Below, in pieces: positions 20,398-32,844 of a stretch of 64,000 nucleotides of DNA; position 1 is the stretch's first letter; each line of letters starts with the position of its first letter. Origin of the DNA: Bacteroidia bacterium (GTDB lineage: Bacteria; Bacteroidota; Bacteroidia; UKL13-3). The notes under the pieces were generated by a model. The model saw nothing but the letters and a program-made list of their open reading frames with translations, was not told the origin of the DNA and did not search any database. The position numbers and the translations under genes were made by a program. The DNA lies in assembly GCA_021740845.1 (NCBI GenBank), contig JAIOYZ010000001.1:147246-211245 (forward strand). The letters are read 5' to 3'.

Positions 20398-20595
20398 ATG
20401 AATAAGTTTAGAGAATATATCAAATTGTCATACGATGAGTTGATGAATAAGGTTTCTTGGCCGAGCTGGGAAGACTTGCAAGAGAGCACCATCATTGTGA
20501 TGATCGCTTCTTTACTTATAGCCTTGTTAATTGGGGTTATAGATTTGGCAAGTAGCACCTCACTAGGTTTTTTTTACCAATTATTCCAAAGCTAG
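20398..20595 (+). CDS. secE: Preprotein translocase subunit SecE (single-TM form).
   Basis: MNKFREYIKLSYDELMNKVSWPS... followed by one TM helix. Canonical position between tRNA-Trp and nusG. Confidence 0.85.
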   Translation: MNKFREYIKLSYDELMNKVSWPSWEDLQESTIIVMIASLLIALLIGVIDLASSTSLGFFYQLFQS

Positions 20596-20614
20596 GAATA
20601 TTATTGATTGAATC

Positions 20615-21172
20615 ATGACAGAAGAACAAGGATCAGAACAATTTAAATGGTATGTGGTGCGTGCAGTTACCGGACAAGAAAAGAAGGTAAAGCAGCAGCT
20701 AGAAGTTGAGCTCGAAAGAGCTGGCTTAACTACACAGGTTCCTCAGATTTTGATCCCTACTGAGAAAGTTTACCAAGTAAAAAATGGTAAAAAAACCAGC
20801 AAAGAAAAAGCATATCTGCCTGGTTATATTCTCATCAATGCGGATGTATCTGGAGAGGTTGGACATATCATTACTTCAGTAAATGGAGTAGTAGGGTTTT
20901 TAGGAGGAAAGGCAACACCAACTGCTTTACGTCCTTCTGAGGTTAGTCGCATTTTAGGTAATGTAGATGAAATCAGCGAACAAGGGGAAACCTTGGACGA
21001 ACCATATATAGTTGGTGAAAATGTGAAGGTGATCGACGGTCCATTTACTGGTTTCAGTGGTGTGATTGAAGAAGTAAGTGAAGATAAAAAGAAGTTAAAA
21101 GTTATGGTGAAAATCTTTGGAAGAAGAACTCCACTAGAACTCAACTTCGGTCAAGTAGAAAAAGAAAGTTAA
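20615..21172 (+). CDS. nusG: Transcription termination/antitermination factor NusG.
   Basis: NGN domain (KWYVVRAVTGQEKKV) plus a KOW domain. Confidence 0.95.
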   Translation: MTEEQGSEQFKWYVVRAVTGQEKKVKQQLEVELERAGLTTQVPQILIPTEKVYQVKNGKKTSKEKAYLPGYILINADVSGEVGHIITSVNGVVGFLGGKATPTALRPSEVSRILGNVDEISEQGETLDEPYIVGENVKVIDGPFTGFSGVIEEVSEDKKKLKVMVKIFGRRTPLELNFGQVEKES

Positions 21173-21188
21173 TTTTAGAATAAAGTTC

Positions 21189-21198
21189 GGTTCAAACC
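21189..21198 (+). repeat. GGTTCAAACC motif copy in the nusG-rplK spacer, inside the palindrome TTCGGTTCAAACCGAA.
   Basis: Exact 10-mer. Confidence 0.9.
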
Positions 21199-21217
21199 GA
21201 AAAAAAATTTAGATGTT

Positions 21218-21661
21218 ATGGCAAAAGAACTAACAGGTTTTATTAAGCTTCAAGTGAAGGGCGGCGCTGCTAATCCAGCTCCTCCAATTGGTCCAGCCTT
21301 GGGATCAAAGGGTGTAAATATCATGGAGTTTTGCAAGCAATTTAATGCAAGAACCCAAGATAAAGCAGGAAAAATTTTACCTGTTGTAATTAGTGTTTAC
21401 GCAGACAAATCGTTTGATTTTGTAATCAAAACTCCACCAGTAGCTGCTCAGTTATTGGAAGCTGCTAAGATTGCAAAAGGATCTGCTGAGCCTAACCGTA
21501 AAAAGAATGGTACCGTAACTTGGGAACAAGTGCGCAGTATCGCTGAAGATAAAATTGTAGATATGAACTGCTTTAAAGTAGAATCTGCAATGAAAATGGT
21601 AGCTGGAAGTGCCCGTAGTATGGGTTTAACCATTACCGGTGATAGTCCTCTAAACAATTAA
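21218..21661 (+). CDS. rplK: 50S ribosomal protein L11.
   Basis: Signature PPIGPALG. Confidence 0.97.
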   Translation: MAKELTGFIKLQVKGGAANPAPPIGPALGSKGVNIMEFCKQFNARTQDKAGKILPVVISVYADKSFDFVIKTPPVAAQLLEAAKIAKGSAEPNRKKNGTVTWEQVRSIAEDKIVDMNCFKVESAMKMVAGSARSMGLTITGDSPLNN

Positions 21662-21673
21662 AATAATTAAGAG

Positions 21674-22372
21674 ATGGCAAGGATAAGTAAGAAAAGAAAA
21701 GAAGCTTTAAAGAAAGTTGATGCTGCAAAAGCATACTCCTTAATTGAAGCGTCTAAATTGGTAAAGGAAATCAGCTATACCAAATTCGATTCATCGGTAG
21801 ATATCGATGTTCGTTTAGGTGTTGATCCTAAGAAAGCAAACCAAATGGTACGTGGTGTTGTTGCCTTACCGCATGGTACAGGTAAAGACATTAAAGTGTT
21901 AGCTTTAGTTCCTGCAGATAAAGAAGCAGAAGCAATTGAAGCTGGTGCAGATTATGCTGGTTTGGATGAGTACATCCAAAAAATTGAACAAGGTTGGACC
22001 GATATAGATATTATCGTTACCGTTCCTGCAGTTATGGCTAAATTAGGTAAATTAGGTAAAATATTAGGTCCTCGTAACTTAATGCCTAATCCTAAAAGCG
22101 GAACTGTTACCCAAGAAATTGGTAAAACTGTAAAAGAAATTAAAGCAGGTAAAATCGATTTTAAAGTTGACAAAGAAGGTATTATCCATACTTCAATTGG
22201 TAAATCAACTTTTGCTCCAGAGAAATTATTCGAAAACGCTGTTGAGTTGATCCAAACTCTAGCTAAGATGAAACCATCTTCTGCAAAAGGAACCTACTTT
22301 AGAAGTGTACATGTTAGCAGTACAATGAGCCCGGGCATTACTGTTGATACAAAATCTATTCCTGGTATTTAA
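21674..22372 (+). CDS. rplA: 50S ribosomal protein L1.
   Basis: 232-aa L1 homologue in canonical position after rplK. Confidence 0.97.
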   Translation: MARISKKRKEALKKVDAAKAYSLIEASKLVKEISYTKFDSSVDIDVRLGVDPKKANQMVRGVVALPHGTGKDIKVLALVPADKEAEAIEAGADYAGLDEYIQKIEQGWTDIDIIVTVPAVMAKLGKLGKILGPRNLMPNPKSGTVTQEIGKTVKEIKAGKIDFKVDKEGIIHTSIGKSTFAPEKLFENAVELIQTLAKMKPSSAKGTYFRSVHVSSTMSPGITVDTKSIPGI

Positions 22373-22383
22373 TCTCATAATCA

Positions 22384-22905
22384 ATGAAAAAGGAAGAAAA
22401 AGAACTTGTAATTGACGCATTGGTTGAGAAATTTAACCAGTACAAGAATATCTACGTAACAGATATATCTAGTTTAAATGCTCAAAAAACTAGCGAATTA
22501 AGAAGATTATTATTCAAAAGTAATATCACTTTAGAAGTAGCTAAAAATACCCTAATCCAAAAAGCATTCGAGAAATCGAGTCGTGATTTTGGTTCTTTAA
22601 CAGATACATTAAAAGGTAATAGCGCCTTGATGTTCTGCGAAGACATGAAAGCCCCTGCAAAAGCAATTAAGGATTTCAGAAAGAAAGCAACCATTCCTAC
22701 TTTAAAAGGTGCTGTAATAGATGCTGATGTATTTATTGGTGATAACCAATTAGAAACTCTATTAACCTTAAAAACTAAGAATGAGTTAATCGGTGAAATT
22801 ATTGGATTATTACAATCACCTGCTCAAAATGTTATTAGTGCATTGCAATCTGGTGGAAATACCATTGCTGGTGTAGTAAAAACTTTATCTGAGCGTCCTG
22901 AGTAA
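22384..22905 (+). CDS. rplJ: 50S ribosomal protein L10.
   Basis: 173-aa L10 homologue. Confidence 0.95.
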   Translation: MKKEEKELVIDALVEKFNQYKNIYVTDISSLNAQKTSELRRLLFKSNITLEVAKNTLIQKAFEKSSRDFGSLTDTLKGNSALMFCEDMKAPAKAIKDFRKKATIPTLKGAVIDADVFIGDNQLETLLTLKTKNELIGEIIGLLQSPAQNVISALQSGGNTIAGVVKTLSERPE

Positions 22906-22958
22906 TATCAAAAAAAACAAAAAACATAACAATTAATAACAATTAAATTTTTAGAAAA

Positions 22959-23333
22959 ATGGCAGATTTAAAAGCGTTCGCGGAACAATTAGTTAACTTA
23001 ACTGTAAAAGAAGTTAATGAGTTAGCTAAAATTTTGAAAGATGAGTATGGTATTGAGCCTGCAGCTGCTGCTGTAGCTGTTGCCGGTCCTGCAGCTGCTG
23101 CTGCTGAAGCTCCAGCTGAAAAAACATCTTTTGATGTAATTTTGAAAGCTGCTGGTGCTAACAAACTTAACGTAGTTAAGATTGTAAAAGACCTTACCGG
23201 ACTTGGCTTGAAAGAAGCTAAAGAATTGGTAGACGGTGCTCCAAAACCAATCAAAGAAGGTGTTGACAAAGTAACTGCTGAAGACTTAAAAGCTAAGCTT
23301 ACTGAAGCAGGAGCCGAGATTGAACTTAAATAG
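22959..23333 (+). CDS. rplL: 50S ribosomal protein L7/L12.
   Basis: Ala-rich hinge and C-terminal domain [12 protein letters not shown]. Confidence 0.97.
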   Translation: MADLKAFAEQLVNLTVKEVNELAKILKDEYGIEPAAAAVAVAGPAAAAAEAPAEKTSFDVILKAAGANKLNVVKIVKDLTGLGLKEAKELVDGAPKPIKEGVDKVTAEDLKAKLTEAGAEIELK

Positions 23334-23355
23334 TTCTAAATCAATTGATTTTGAT

Positions 23356-23392
23356 ATGTGACCCCGACTAATGTCGTGGGTCACATCTTTGT
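23356..23392 (+). terminator. GC-rich hairpin between rplL and rpoB (attenuator-type partial terminator).
   Basis: ATGTGACCCCGAC-TAAT-GTCGTGGGTCACAT followed by CTTTGTTT. Confidence 0.5.
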
Positions 23393-23438
23393 TTATGCAT
23401 ATCGTAGGATTGGTTAACTTTTTAATATAAATTATACA

Positions 23439-26400
23439 TTGGCCAAAATTAATAAAACGGCAGATGAGAGAATCTCATTCGCATCTGTCAATCCTGTAAT
23501 TGATTATCCAGATTTTTTGGATGTTCAGTTGCAGTCGTTCAGGGAATTCTTTCAGTTGGATACCACCTCTGAAAGTAGAACCAACGAAGGTTTGTACAAA
23601 GTGTTTCTGGAGAATTTCCCGATCACTGATACAAGAAATATCTTCGTATTGGAATTCCTTGACTATTTCGTTGATCCACCTCGCTACTCAATTGATGAGT
23701 GTATCGAGAGAGGATTAACTTATTCGGTGCCTCTTAAGGCTAAATTACGTTTGTCTTGTAACGACCCCGAGCACGAGGATTTTAAAACCATTGTGCAGGA
23801 CGTTTATTTGGGTACCATCCCTTATATGACACCTCGTGGTACTTTTGTTATCAATGGTGCTGAACGTATTATTGTTTCTCAATTACATCGTTCTCCAGGT
23901 GTATTCTTTGGTCAAAGTTACCATACCAATGGAACCAAGTTGTATTCAGCTAGGGTTATTCCATTTAAAGGTAGCTGGATTGAATTTGCTACAGACGTAA
24001 ATAACGTAATGTATGCTTACATCGATCGTAAGAAGAAGTTTCCTGTAACTACTTTGCTTCGTGCTATTGGATTTGAATCGGATAAAGATATCTTGAACCT
24101 ATTTGAATTAGCTGAAGAAGTAAAAGTAAGTAAATCTGGTTTGAAGAAAGTTCTTGGTCGTAAATTAGCGGCTAGGGTTCTTAGAACTTGGATTGAGGAT
24201 TTTGTGGATGAGGATACAGGAGAAGTGGTTTCAATCGAACGTAATGAAGTAATCATTGAACGCGATACCATTATCGAAGATGCTCATATTGATTTAATCG
24301 TTGAAGCAGAAGTTAAGACCATTCTTTTGCATAAAAACGAATCTAGTCATAATGACTTCGCAATTATTTTAAATACTTTACAAAAGGATACTGCAAATAG
24401 TGGTAAAGAGGCTCATGAGCATATCTATCGCCAGTTAAGGAATGCAGATCCACCTGATGAAGAAACAGCTCGTGGTGTAATTGAAAAATTATTCTTCTCT
24501 GAGAAACGTTACGATTTAGGTGATGTTGGCCGTTATAGAATTAACCGCAAGTTAAACAAAAACGAACCTTTGAGTAACCGTGTGTTAAGCAAAGATGATA
24601 TCGTTTCCATCATCAAATATCTAATTGAATTATCTAATTCAAGAGCAGATGTGGATGATATTGATCACTTGAGTAATCGTCGTGTACGTACCGTAGGAGA
24701 ACAATTATATTCTCAATTTGGTGTGGGTTTAGCGCGTATGGCGCGTACCATCCGTGAGCGTATGAACATTCGCGATAACGAGGTATTTACACCAACAGAT
24801 TTGATTAATGCTAAAACATTATCCTCTGTTATTAACTCGTTCTTTGGTACCAATCAGCTTTCACAATTCATGGATCAAACAAATCCATTGGCGGAAATCA
24901 CTCACAAGAGAAGGATGTCTGCCCTTGGACCTGGTGGTTTGAGTCGTGATCGTGCAGGTTTTGAGGTTCGTGACGTTCACTATACGCACTACGGTCGTTT
25001 GTGTACCATCGAAACTCCTGAAGGTCCAAATATCGGTTTGATTTCTTCTCTTTGTGTTCATGCCAAAATTAATGGTATGGGATTCATCGAAACTCCTTAT
25101 TTAAAGGTAGAAGATGGTAAAGTGAAAACTGGCGAAAAAGTTACTTATTTAAGTGCAGAAGATGAGGAAGGCAAGGTAATTGCTCAATCAAACGCTCGCT
25201 ACGATAATGAAGGTAACTTCTTAGATCATAAAATTAAAGCCCGTTACGAGGGTGACTTCCCAATGGTGGAGTCTGATAAGTTGGAGTTCATGGATATTGC
25301 TCCAAATCAGATTGTATCTATTGCCGCTTCACTTATTCCTTTCCTTGAACACAATGATGCGAATCGTGCATTGATGGGTTCAAACATGCAACGTCAGGCT
25401 GTGCCTTTATTGAAGCCACAAGCACCTGTAGTTGGAACTGGTTTGGAAGGTCGTGTTGCTAAAGATTCTCGTACCTTATTAATGGCTGAAGGTAATGGTG
25501 TTGTTGAATACGTAGATGCGAATGAAATTAAGATCCGCTACGAACAAACTGAAGTAGACAAATTAGTTAGCTTCGGTACAGATACCAAAACTTATCCATT
25601 GATTAAATTCCGTAGAACTAACCAAAACACTTGTATCAATTTAAAACCTATTGTTCGTAAAGGACAAAAAGTTGAGAAGGGTACTGTTTTATGTGAAGGT
25701 TATGCTACAGAAGGTGGCGAATTAGCATTGGGTAGAAACTTGCAAGTGGCTTTCATGCCTTGGCAAGGTTATAACTTTGAGGATGCGATTGTAATTTCTG
25801 AAAAGGTTGTGAAAGAAGATATTTTTACTTCTATACACATTACTGAGTACGAATTAGAAGTTCGTGATACAAAGCGTGGTGAAGAAGAATTAACCAATGA
25901 TATTCCTAACGTAAGTGAAGAAGCTACTAAGAACCTAGATGAAAACGGTTTGATCCGTGTAGGTTGCGAAGTAGGTGAAGGCGATATCCTAATTGGTAAA
26001 ATTACTCCTAAAGGTGAAACTGAACCTTCTCCAGAAGAAAAATTATTACGTGCTATCTTTGGCGACAAAGCTGGTGATGTAAAAGATGCTTCTTTAAAAG
26101 CTATTCCTTCAACTAACGGTGTGGTAATCGACAAGAAATTGTTTGCCCGCGTAAAGAAAGAGAAATCAGCTAAGCAGGATGATAAGGTGAAGTTGGCTAA
26201 ATTGAAAGATGAGCATGAGAAAAACTTAAAAGATATTAAAGATATCTTGGTAGAAAAATTATTCTCTATCCTTTCTGGTAAAACTTCTTCTGGTGTTTAC
26301 AATGTATACAACGAAGAAATTATTGCTAAAGGAAGTAAGTTTAGCATGAAGAATTTAAATGAGGTAGATTATTCAAATGTAATGGCCAACAATTGGACTG

Positions 26401-27254
26401 GCGATGCAGAAAAAAATGATTTAATCCGCACCATTTTAACCAACTTCAAAAACCGTCATAACCAAGAGTTAGCTGATTATAGAAGAAAAGAATATGCAAT
26501 TAGCGTTGGGGATGAATTACCAACAGGTATTCTTAAATTAGCTAAGGTTTACATAGCTCAAAAACGTAAGTTAAAAGTGGGTGATAAGATGGCTGGTCGT
26601 CACGGTAACAAGGGTATTGTTGCTCGTATCGTGCGCGAAGAAGATCTACCATTCATGGACAATGGAAAACCTGTAGATATCGTGTTGAACCCATTAGGTG
26701 TACCTTCACGTATGAACTTGGGTCAAATCTATGAAACTGTTTTAGGTTGGGCAGCAAAAGAATTGGATGTGAAATTTGCAACACCAATTTTTGATGGAGC
26801 TTCAGATGATCAAGTATTAGAATTTACTCGTAAAGCAGGAATTCCAGATTGGGGTAAAACCTATTTGAACGATGGTTTATCAGGAAATCGTTTTGATCAA
26901 CCTGTAACTGTAGGTGTAATTTATATTATCAAACTTGGTCACATGGTTGATGATAAGATGCATGCTCGTTCAATTGGACCATATTCATTAATTACACAAC
27001 AACCTTTGGGTGGTAAAGCTCAATTTGGTGGTCAGCGTTTTGGTGAGATGGAGGTTTGGGCATTGGAAGCATATGGTGCTGCTAATATCTTACAGGAAAT
27101 CTTAACCTTGAAGTCTGATGATATCATTGGTCGTGCGAAGACTTACGAAGCCATTGTGAAAGGCGATAACTTGCCTACACCTGGTATTCCAGAGTCGTTC
27201 AATGTATTGGCACATGAATTACGTGGTTTAGGTTTAGAACTTACACTTGAGTAA
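23439..27254 (+). CDS. rpoB: DNA-directed RNA polymerase subunit beta.
   Basis: 1,271 aa with conserved rif-region and catalytic motifs. Confidence 0.99.
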   Translation: MAKINKTADERISFASVNPVIDYPDFLDVQLQSFREFFQLDTTSESRTNEGLYKVFLENFPITDTRNIFVLEFLDYFVDPPRYSIDECIERGLTYSVPLKAKLRLSCNDPEHEDFKTIVQDVYLGTIPYMTPRGTFVINGAERIIVSQLHRSPGVFFGQSYHTNGTKLYSARVIPFKGSWIEFATDVNNVMYAYIDRKKKFPVTTLLRAIGFESDKDILNLFELAEEVKVSKSGLKKVLGRKLAARVLRTWIEDFVDEDTGEVVSIERNEVIIERDTIIEDAHIDLIVEAEVKTILLHKNESSHNDFAIILNTLQKDTANSGKEAHEHIYRQLRNADPPDEETARGVIEKLFFSEKRYDLGDVGRYRINRKLNKNEPLSNRVLSKDDIVSIIKYLIELSNSRADVDDIDHLSNRRVRTVGEQLYSQFGVGLARMARTIRERMNIRDNEVFTPTDLINAKTLSSVINSFFGTNQLSQFMDQTNPLAEITHKRRMSALGPGGLSRDRAGFEVRDVHYTHYGRLCTIETPEGPNIGLISSLCVHAKINGMGFIETPYLKVEDGKVKTGEKVTYLSAEDEEGKVIAQSNARYDNEGNFLDHKIKARYEGDFPMVESDKLEFMDIAPNQIVSIAASLIPFLEHNDANRALMGSNMQRQAVPLLKPQAPVVGTGLEGRVAKDSRTLLMAEGNGVVEYVDANEIKIRYEQTEVDKLVSFGTDTKTYPLIKFRRTNQNTCINLKPIVRKGQKVEKGTVLCEGYATEGGELALGRNLQVAFMPWQGYNFEDAIVISEKVVKEDIFTSIHITEYELEVRDTKRGEEELTNDIPNVSEEATKNLDENGLIRVGCEVGEGDILIGKITPKGETEPSPEEKLLRAIFGDKAGDVKDASLKAIPSTNGVVIDKKLFARVKKEKSAKQDDKVKLAKLKDEHEKNLKDIKDILVEKLFSILSGKTSSGVYNVYNEEIIAKGSKFSMKNLNEVDYSNVMANNWTGDAEKNDLIRTILTNFKNRHNQELADYRRKEYAISVGDELPTGILKLAKVYIAQKRKLKVGDKMAGRHGNKGIVARIVREEDLPFMDNGKPVDIVLNPLGVPSRMNLGQIYETVLGWAAKELDVKFATPIFDGASDDQVLEFTRKAGIPDWGKTYLNDGLSGNRFDQPVTVGVIYIIKLGHMVDDKMHARSIGPYSLITQQPLGGKAQFGGQRFGEMEVWALEAYGAANILQEILTLKSDDIIGRAKTYEAIVKGDNLPTPGIPESFNVLAHELRGLGLELTLE

Positions 27255-27265
27255 AATAATAATCG

Positions 27266-27303
27266 CAGGTAAAGGATTGGTTCAAACCAACTCTTTACCT
27301 GCT
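27266..27303 (+). promoter_or_regulatory. Long near-perfect hairpin in the rpoB-rpoC spacer whose apex is a copy of the GGTTCAAACC motif.
   Basis: GCAGGTAAAGGATTGGTT-CA-AACCAACTCTTTACCTGC with no U-tract. Possible RNase III or processing structure. Confidence 0.5.
27280..27289 (+). repeat. GGTTCAAACC motif copy at the apex of the rpoB-rpoC hairpin.
   Basis: Exact 10-mer. Confidence 0.9.
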
Positions 27304-27325
27304 TCACATTAAAACAACCGCAAAC

Positions 27326-30300
27326 ATGTCTTTGAAAAAAGAAGTAAAAATAAAAGCGAATTTTACCAAAATACGCATTGGATTGGCCTCTCCTGAGAAC
27401 ATCCTTACGCGCTCATTTGGTGAAGTTACAAAACCGGAAACCATCAACTACCGCTCCTTTAAGCCGGAGATGGGGGGATTGTTTTGCGAGAGAATCTTTG
27501 GCCCAATTAAAGATTACGAATGTCATTGTGGAAAATACAAGCGTATTCGCTACAAAGGTATTGTGTGTGATCGTTGTGGTGTGGAAGTAACCGAAAAGAA
27601 AGTAAGAAGAGAACGCATGGGTCATATCAACCTAGTTGTTCCTGTTGCTCATATTTGGTATTTCCGTTCTTTACCTAATAAAATTGGTTATTTATTAGGA
27701 ATACCTTCCAAGAAATTGGATATGGTGGTTTACTACGAACGTTATTTAGTATGCCAACCAGGTATTAAAACAAATGATGGTGTTCAAACACTTGATATGT
27801 TAACTGAAGAAGAGTATTTAGATATTTTAGATACTTTACCAAAGGATAACCAACATTTAGATGATGCTGATCCAAATAAATTCATCGCCAAAATGGGTGG
27901 TGAAGCTCTTTGGTTTATGTTGTCTAAAATTGATTTAGATACTTTAAGTTTCGACTTACGTATTAAAGCAAATACAGAAACTTCTCAGCAACGTAAAAAC
28001 GAAGCTTTGAAGCGTTTGAAAGTAATTGAAGGATTCCGTAACTCTCAACGTCATGGCGAAAACCGCCCTGAGTGGATGGTAGTAAAGATTCTTCCAGTTA
28101 TTCCACCAGAATTACGTCCTTTAGTTCCATTGGAAGGTGGTCGTTTTGCAACTTCAGATTTGAACGATTTATACCGTCGTGTAATTATTCGTAATAACCG
28201 TTTGAAGCGTTTGATGGAGATTAAAGCTCCTGAAGTAATTCTTCGTAACGAGAAGCGTATGTTACAAGAGGCAGTAGATTCATTATTTGATAATACTCGT
28301 CGTGTAAGTGCTGTTAAAACTGAAGGTAACCGTCCTTTGAAATCTTTGAGCGATATGCTTAAAGGTAAACAAGGTCGTTTCCGTCAAAACTTATTAGGTA
28401 AACGTGTAGATTACTCTGGCCGTTCGGTTATTGTGGTTGGTCCGAACCTAAAATTACATGAGTGCGGTATTCCCAAAAATATGGCTGCTGAATTATTCAA
28501 GCCATTCGTTATCCGTAAACTTCTTGAGCGTGGTATCGTTAAAACGGTAAAATCAGCTAAGAAATTAGTAGATCGTAAAGAAGCTATCATTTGGGATATT
28601 CTTGAAAATATATTGAAAGGTCATCCTATTCTTTTGAACAGGGCCCCTACACTACATAGATTGGGTATCCAAGCATTCCAACCTAAATTGGTAGAAGGAA
28701 AAGCAATTCAATTACACCCATTGGTTTGTACTGGTTTTAACGCGGATTTTGACGGTGACCAAATGGCTGTTCACGTTCCTCTTGGAAACGCTGCAGTTTT
28801 GGAAGCCCAATTATTGATGTTAGCGCCACACAATATCTTGAACCCTGCCAACGGAGCGCCGATTACGGTTCCTTCTCAGGACATGGTTCTTGGTTTGTAC
28901 TACATTACCAAAGGTCGTAAGCATACTGAAGAATTCCCAATCAAAGGCGAAGGCTTAAGATTTTACTCTTCTGAAGAAGCTATTATTGCTTACAATGAAG
29001 GAAAAGTTCATTTACATGCATGGGTGAAAGTTCGTGCTAATGTGAAAGAAAATGGCGAGTTGGTAAGTAGGGTTATTGATACAACAATGGGTAGAATTTT
29101 ATTCAACCAAGTTGTACCTGCAACACATGGATATATCAATGAATTATTAACTAAGAAATCATTACGTGATATTATTGGTAATATGTTCAAAGAAGTTGGT
29201 CAAGACCATTGCGCTCACTTCCTTGATGATATTAAATATTTAGGATTCCAATATGCATTCCGTGGAGGTTTGTCGTTTAACTTGTCTTATGTAAATATCC
29301 CTGACGAAAAAGAGGTATTTATTAAACAAGCGCAAGCTGAAGTGGATGAGATTTGGGATAACTATAACAATGGATTTATTACCAATAATGAGCGTTACAA
29401 CCAGGTTATTGATATCTGGACTCGTATTAACTCTCGTTTGGCTGATACCTTGTTAAAACAATTAAAGGAAGACCAACAAGGATTCAACCCAGTTTACATG
29501 ATGTTGGATTCTGGAGCGAGGGGTTCTAAAGAGCAAATTCGTCAGTTAGGTGGTATGAGGGGATTGATGGCGAAACCTCAAAAGAACTTGAGTGGAGGAA
29601 CTGGAGAGATTATTGAAAATCCAATTCTTTCCAACTTTAAAGAAGGTCTTTCGGTTATTGAATACTTTATATCTACACACGGTGCGCGTAAAGGTTTGGC
29701 CGATACGGCTTTGAAAACTGCGGATGCGGGTTACTTAACACGTAGGTTGCATGACGTTGCTCAAGATGTTGTAGTAAATAGTTTTGATTGTGGAACCTTA
29801 CGTGGTATTCCAATCAGTTCATTGAAAGACAACGAGGAAGTTGTAGAAACTTTATACGAACGTATCTTAGGTAGAACAAGTGTTCATGATATTTACGATC
29901 CATTAAGTGGTGAGTTAATTTGTAACGCTGGCGACGAAATCAATGAAGAGATTGCTCAGAAAATTGAGGATTCTCCAATTGAAACCCTTGAAATTCGTTC
30001 GGTATTAACTTGCGAAACCCGTTATGGTGTTTGTTGTAAGTGCTACGGAAGAAGCATGTCAACTGGTAGAGATGCCAGAATTGGTGATGCCGTAGGAGTT
30101 ATTGCAGCTCAATCAATTGGTGAGCCTGGTACACAGCTTACACTTCGTACCTTCCACGTGGGTGGTACCGCATCTAACATTGCCTCTGAATCTCAGATGG
30201 TGGCTAAGTTTGCAGGTATCCTTGAATTTGAAGAAATTAGAACAACTGACTTGAAAAACGAAGAAGGTGCAATCGATACCGTTATAGTTGGTCGTCAGGG

Positions 30301-31606
30301 TGAGATTCGAATTTTGGATGAGAAAACACGTAATCCAATTATTACCATAAATATTCCTTACGGTGCACACTTGAAGGTTAAAAATGGTGAAGTGGTTGAA
30401 AAAGGTACATTAATTTGTACTTGGGATCCATACAATGCGGTTATTATTTCTGAATTCTCGGGTAAAGTTTCATTTGAAAATATCATCGAAAATGTAAACT
30501 ACAAAGAGGAAAGTGACGAACAAACTGGTCACAAAGAAAAAGTAATTGTAGAAAGTAGAGATAAAACTAAGATTCCTTCAATCATTGTATCTGAAGGAAA
30601 AGATAAAGCAAGCAAAGAATACAATTTACCAGTGGGTGCCCATATCATTATTGAGAATGGACACAAGATTAAAGCTGGTGAGATTTTGGTGAAGATTCCA
30701 CGTATTGTTGGAAAAACCCGAGATATCACTGGAGGTCTTCCAAGGGTAACTGAATTGTTTGAAGCACGTAATCCTTCTAACCCTGCTATCGTTACAGAAA
30801 TTGATGGTGTTGTTACTTTTGGTGGTATCAAACGTGGTAATCGTGAAATCATGATTACTTCAAAAGATAGCGAACAAAAGAAATACCTAGTACCACTTTC
30901 TAAACATATCTTGGTTCAAGAAAACGATTTCGTGAAAGCCGGTTCATCTTTATCTGATGGTTCTATTTCACCTCAAGATATCTTGCGTATCGAAGGACCT
31001 TTAGCGGTTCAACGTTATATCGTAAATGGTATCATGGAGGTTTATCGTTTGCAGGGTGTAAAAATCAACGACAAGCACGTTGAGGTAATCATTCGTCAGA
31101 TGATGAAACACGTTGAAGTTGGTGATCCTGGTGATACTACCTTCTTGGAAGGTGAGTTTGTAACTCGTTGGGATTTGAAACAAGCAAACGATTGGATTTA
31201 CGATAAGAAAGTAGTTCTTGAGGCTGGTGATTCAACAACAGTTAAGCCAGGTCAGATTATCAGTGTAAGAAAATTACGCGATGAGAACTCTCAATTGAAA
31301 CGTAAAGACATGAAATTGGTTGAGGTTAGAGATGCACAATCTGCTACTGTAACTCAAATTATCATGGGTATTACCAAGGCAAGTTTGGGTACACATAGCT
31401 TTATGAGTGCTGCATCCTTCCAGGAAACTACCAAAGTATTGAACGAAGCTGCTATTTCGGGTAAAGTTGATAGAATGTTAGGTTTGAAAGAAAACGTAAT
31501 TGTTGGTCACTTAATTCCTGCAGGTACTGGTATTCGTGATTACGAAAAATTGGTTGTAGGTTCTAAAGAAGAATACGATTTGTTAATGGCTTCGAAAGAA
31601 GATTAG
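27326..31606 (+). CDS. rpoC: DNA-directed RNA polymerase subunit beta-prime.
   Basis: 1,426 aa with NADFDGD catalytic motif. Confidence 0.99.
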   Translation: MSLKKEVKIKANFTKIRIGLASPENILTRSFGEVTKPETINYRSFKPEMGGLFCERIFGPIKDYECHCGKYKRIRYKGIVCDRCGVEVTEKKVRRERMGHINLVVPVAHIWYFRSLPNKIGYLLGIPSKKLDMVVYYERYLVCQPGIKTNDGVQTLDMLTEEEYLDILDTLPKDNQHLDDADPNKFIAKMGGEALWFMLSKIDLDTLSFDLRIKANTETSQQRKNEALKRLKVIEGFRNSQRHGENRPEWMVVKILPVIPPELRPLVPLEGGRFATSDLNDLYRRVIIRNNRLKRLMEIKAPEVILRNEKRMLQEAVDSLFDNTRRVSAVKTEGNRPLKSLSDMLKGKQGRFRQNLLGKRVDYSGRSVIVVGPNLKLHECGIPKNMAAELFKPFVIRKLLERGIVKTVKSAKKLVDRKEAIIWDILENILKGHPILLNRAPTLHRLGIQAFQPKLVEGKAIQLHPLVCTGFNADFDGDQMAVHVPLGNAAVLEAQLLMLAPHNILNPANGAPITVPSQDMVLGLYYITKGRKHTEEFPIKGEGLRFYSSEEAIIAYNEGKVHLHAWVKVRANVKENGELVSRVIDTTMGRILFNQVVPATHGYINELLTKKSLRDIIGNMFKEVGQDHCAHFLDDIKYLGFQYAFRGGLSFNLSYVNIPDEKEVFIKQAQAEVDEIWDNYNNGFITNNERYNQVIDIWTRINSRLADTLLKQLKEDQQGFNPVYMMLDSGARGSKEQIRQLGGMRGLMAKPQKNLSGGTGEIIENPILSNFKEGLSVIEYFISTHGARKGLADTALKTADAGYLTRRLHDVAQDVVVNSFDCGTLRGIPISSLKDNEEVVETLYERILGRTSVHDIYDPLSGELICNAGDEINEEIAQKIEDSPIETLEIRSVLTCETRYGVCCKCYGRSMSTGRDARIGDAVGVIAAQSIGEPGTQLTLRTFHVGGTASNIASESQMVAKFAGILEFEEIRTTDLKNEEGAIDTVIVGRQGEIRILDEKTRNPIITINIPYGAHLKVKNGEVVEKGTLICTWDPYNAVIISEFSGKVSFENIIENVNYKEESDEQTGHKEKVIVESRDKTKIPSIIVSEGKDKASKEYNLPVGAHIIIENGHKIKAGEILVKIPRIVGKTRDITGGLPRVTELFEARNPSNPAIVTEIDGVVTFGGIKRGNREIMITSKDSEQKKYLVPLSKHILVQENDFVKAGSSLSDGSISPQDILRIEGPLAVQRYIVNGIMEVYRLQGVKINDKHVEVIIRQMMKHVEVGDPGDTTFLEGEFVTRWDLKQANDWIYDKKVVLEAGDSTTVKPGQIISVRKLRDENSQLKRKDMKLVEVRDAQSATVTQIIMGITKASLGTHSFMSAASFQETTKVLNEAAISGKVDRMLGLKENVIVGHLIPAGTGIRDYEKLVVGSKEEYDLLMASKED

Positions 31607-31626
31607 GCAACAAATATTTTAATAGA

Positions 31627-31664
31627 AACGGTCTTCATTGAAAAATGAAGACCGTTTTTTTTAT
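31627..31664 (+). terminator. Rho-independent terminator of the rpoBC operon.
   Basis: AACGGTCTTCAT/ATGAAGACCGTT stem followed by T8. Confidence 0.75.
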
Positions 31665-31771
31665 GTGTAAACTTTTAGTTTTTGTTGACCCTAAATTATC
31701 CATTCTATTTTGATATTTATTGCTGTAGGTTAAAAGAATACTACCTTTGGCTGGTTAATAAAAATGGAATC

Positions 31772-32803
31772 ATGACGGATTATAAACTTACCGAATACTC
31801 TCATATGGCGGGTTGCGGATGTAAAATTGCACCTGCAGATTTGGAGAAAATTTTATGCGAAAGAAGCAGTGTTTCCTTTAAGGAATTATTGGTAGGAAAC
31901 CATAGCAATGATGATGCAGCTGTTTGGGATTTGGGCAATGGCACCTCTGTAATGAACTCCGTAGATTTTTTTATGCCAATTGTTAACGATCCATTTGATT
32001 TTGGTAGAATTGCTTCTGCAAATGCCATTAGCGATATTTATGCCATGGGAGGAAAGCCTCTTTTTGCCAATGCCCTATTAGGATGGCAAATTGGTGTATT
32101 GCCTTTGGAATTGGCTAATAAGGTAATGGAAGGTGCATTGGAAGTTTGCAAAGATGCTGGTATTCCTTTGGCTGGCGGACATAGCATAGACACCAAAGAG
32201 CCATTGTTTGGTTTAAGTGTTACTGGCTCTGTGGCAAATGAAAATTTAAAAAGAAACGATTGCCCACAGGTTAATGATAAACTATTTCTTACCAAGGCTC
32301 TAGGAACAGGAATCATAGGAACTGCAATTAAAAGAGGCTTAGCCGAGGAACAACATGCAAAGCTTGCTATAGAATCCATGTGCACACTTAATAAAATTGG
32401 CGAGAAATTAAGTAAACTTAATGGTGTTCATGCTTTAACAGATGTTACTGGTTTTGGCTTAATTGGTCATCTAATAGAAATGTGTGGTAATTCCTTTTCT
32501 GCTGAATTGAATTGGGATAAAGTTCCAAGATTTCCTTTTCTAGAATCCTATTTGGTTCAAAACGTAATACCTGATAATACCTATAGAAATTGGAATGCCT
32601 ATGAGAAAAAAGTAGATGGTATTTTAGATATGACATCCTTTCAAATTTTAAACGACCCACAAACAAGCGGAGGTTTATTGATTGCAGCTTCTCCAGAAAT
32701 TGAAGAGGAGTTGGTTCAACTCTTAAAAGAAAATGGAATAAACTTTTTTGAGCCTATTGGGTCTATTTTAAAACGAAATGACAAAACCATTTTGGTTAAA
32801 TAG
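31772..32803 (+). CDS. selD: Selenide, water dikinase (selenophosphate synthetase), Cys-type.
   Basis: MTDYKLTEYSHMAGCGCKIAPADLEKIL... PurM-like fold motifs. Start placed at ATG 31772 rather than the ORF-track 31682. Confidence 0.85.
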   Translation: MTDYKLTEYSHMAGCGCKIAPADLEKILCERSSVSFKELLVGNHSNDDAAVWDLGNGTSVMNSVDFFMPIVNDPFDFGRIASANAISDIYAMGGKPLFANALLGWQIGVLPLELANKVMEGALEVCKDAGIPLAGGHSIDTKEPLFGLSVTGSVANENLKRNDCPQVNDKLFLTKALGTGIIGTAIKRGLAEEQHAKLAIESMCTLNKIGEKLSKLNGVHALTDVTGFGLIGHLIEMCGNSFSAELNWDKVPRFPFLESYLVQNVIPDNTYRNWNAYEKKVDGILDMTSFQILNDPQTSGGLLIAASPEIEEELVQLLKENGINFFEPIGSILKRNDKTILVK

Positions 32804-32844
32804 ATTGTATTTGTTTTATTCGTAATAATTAAAACAAATACTTT

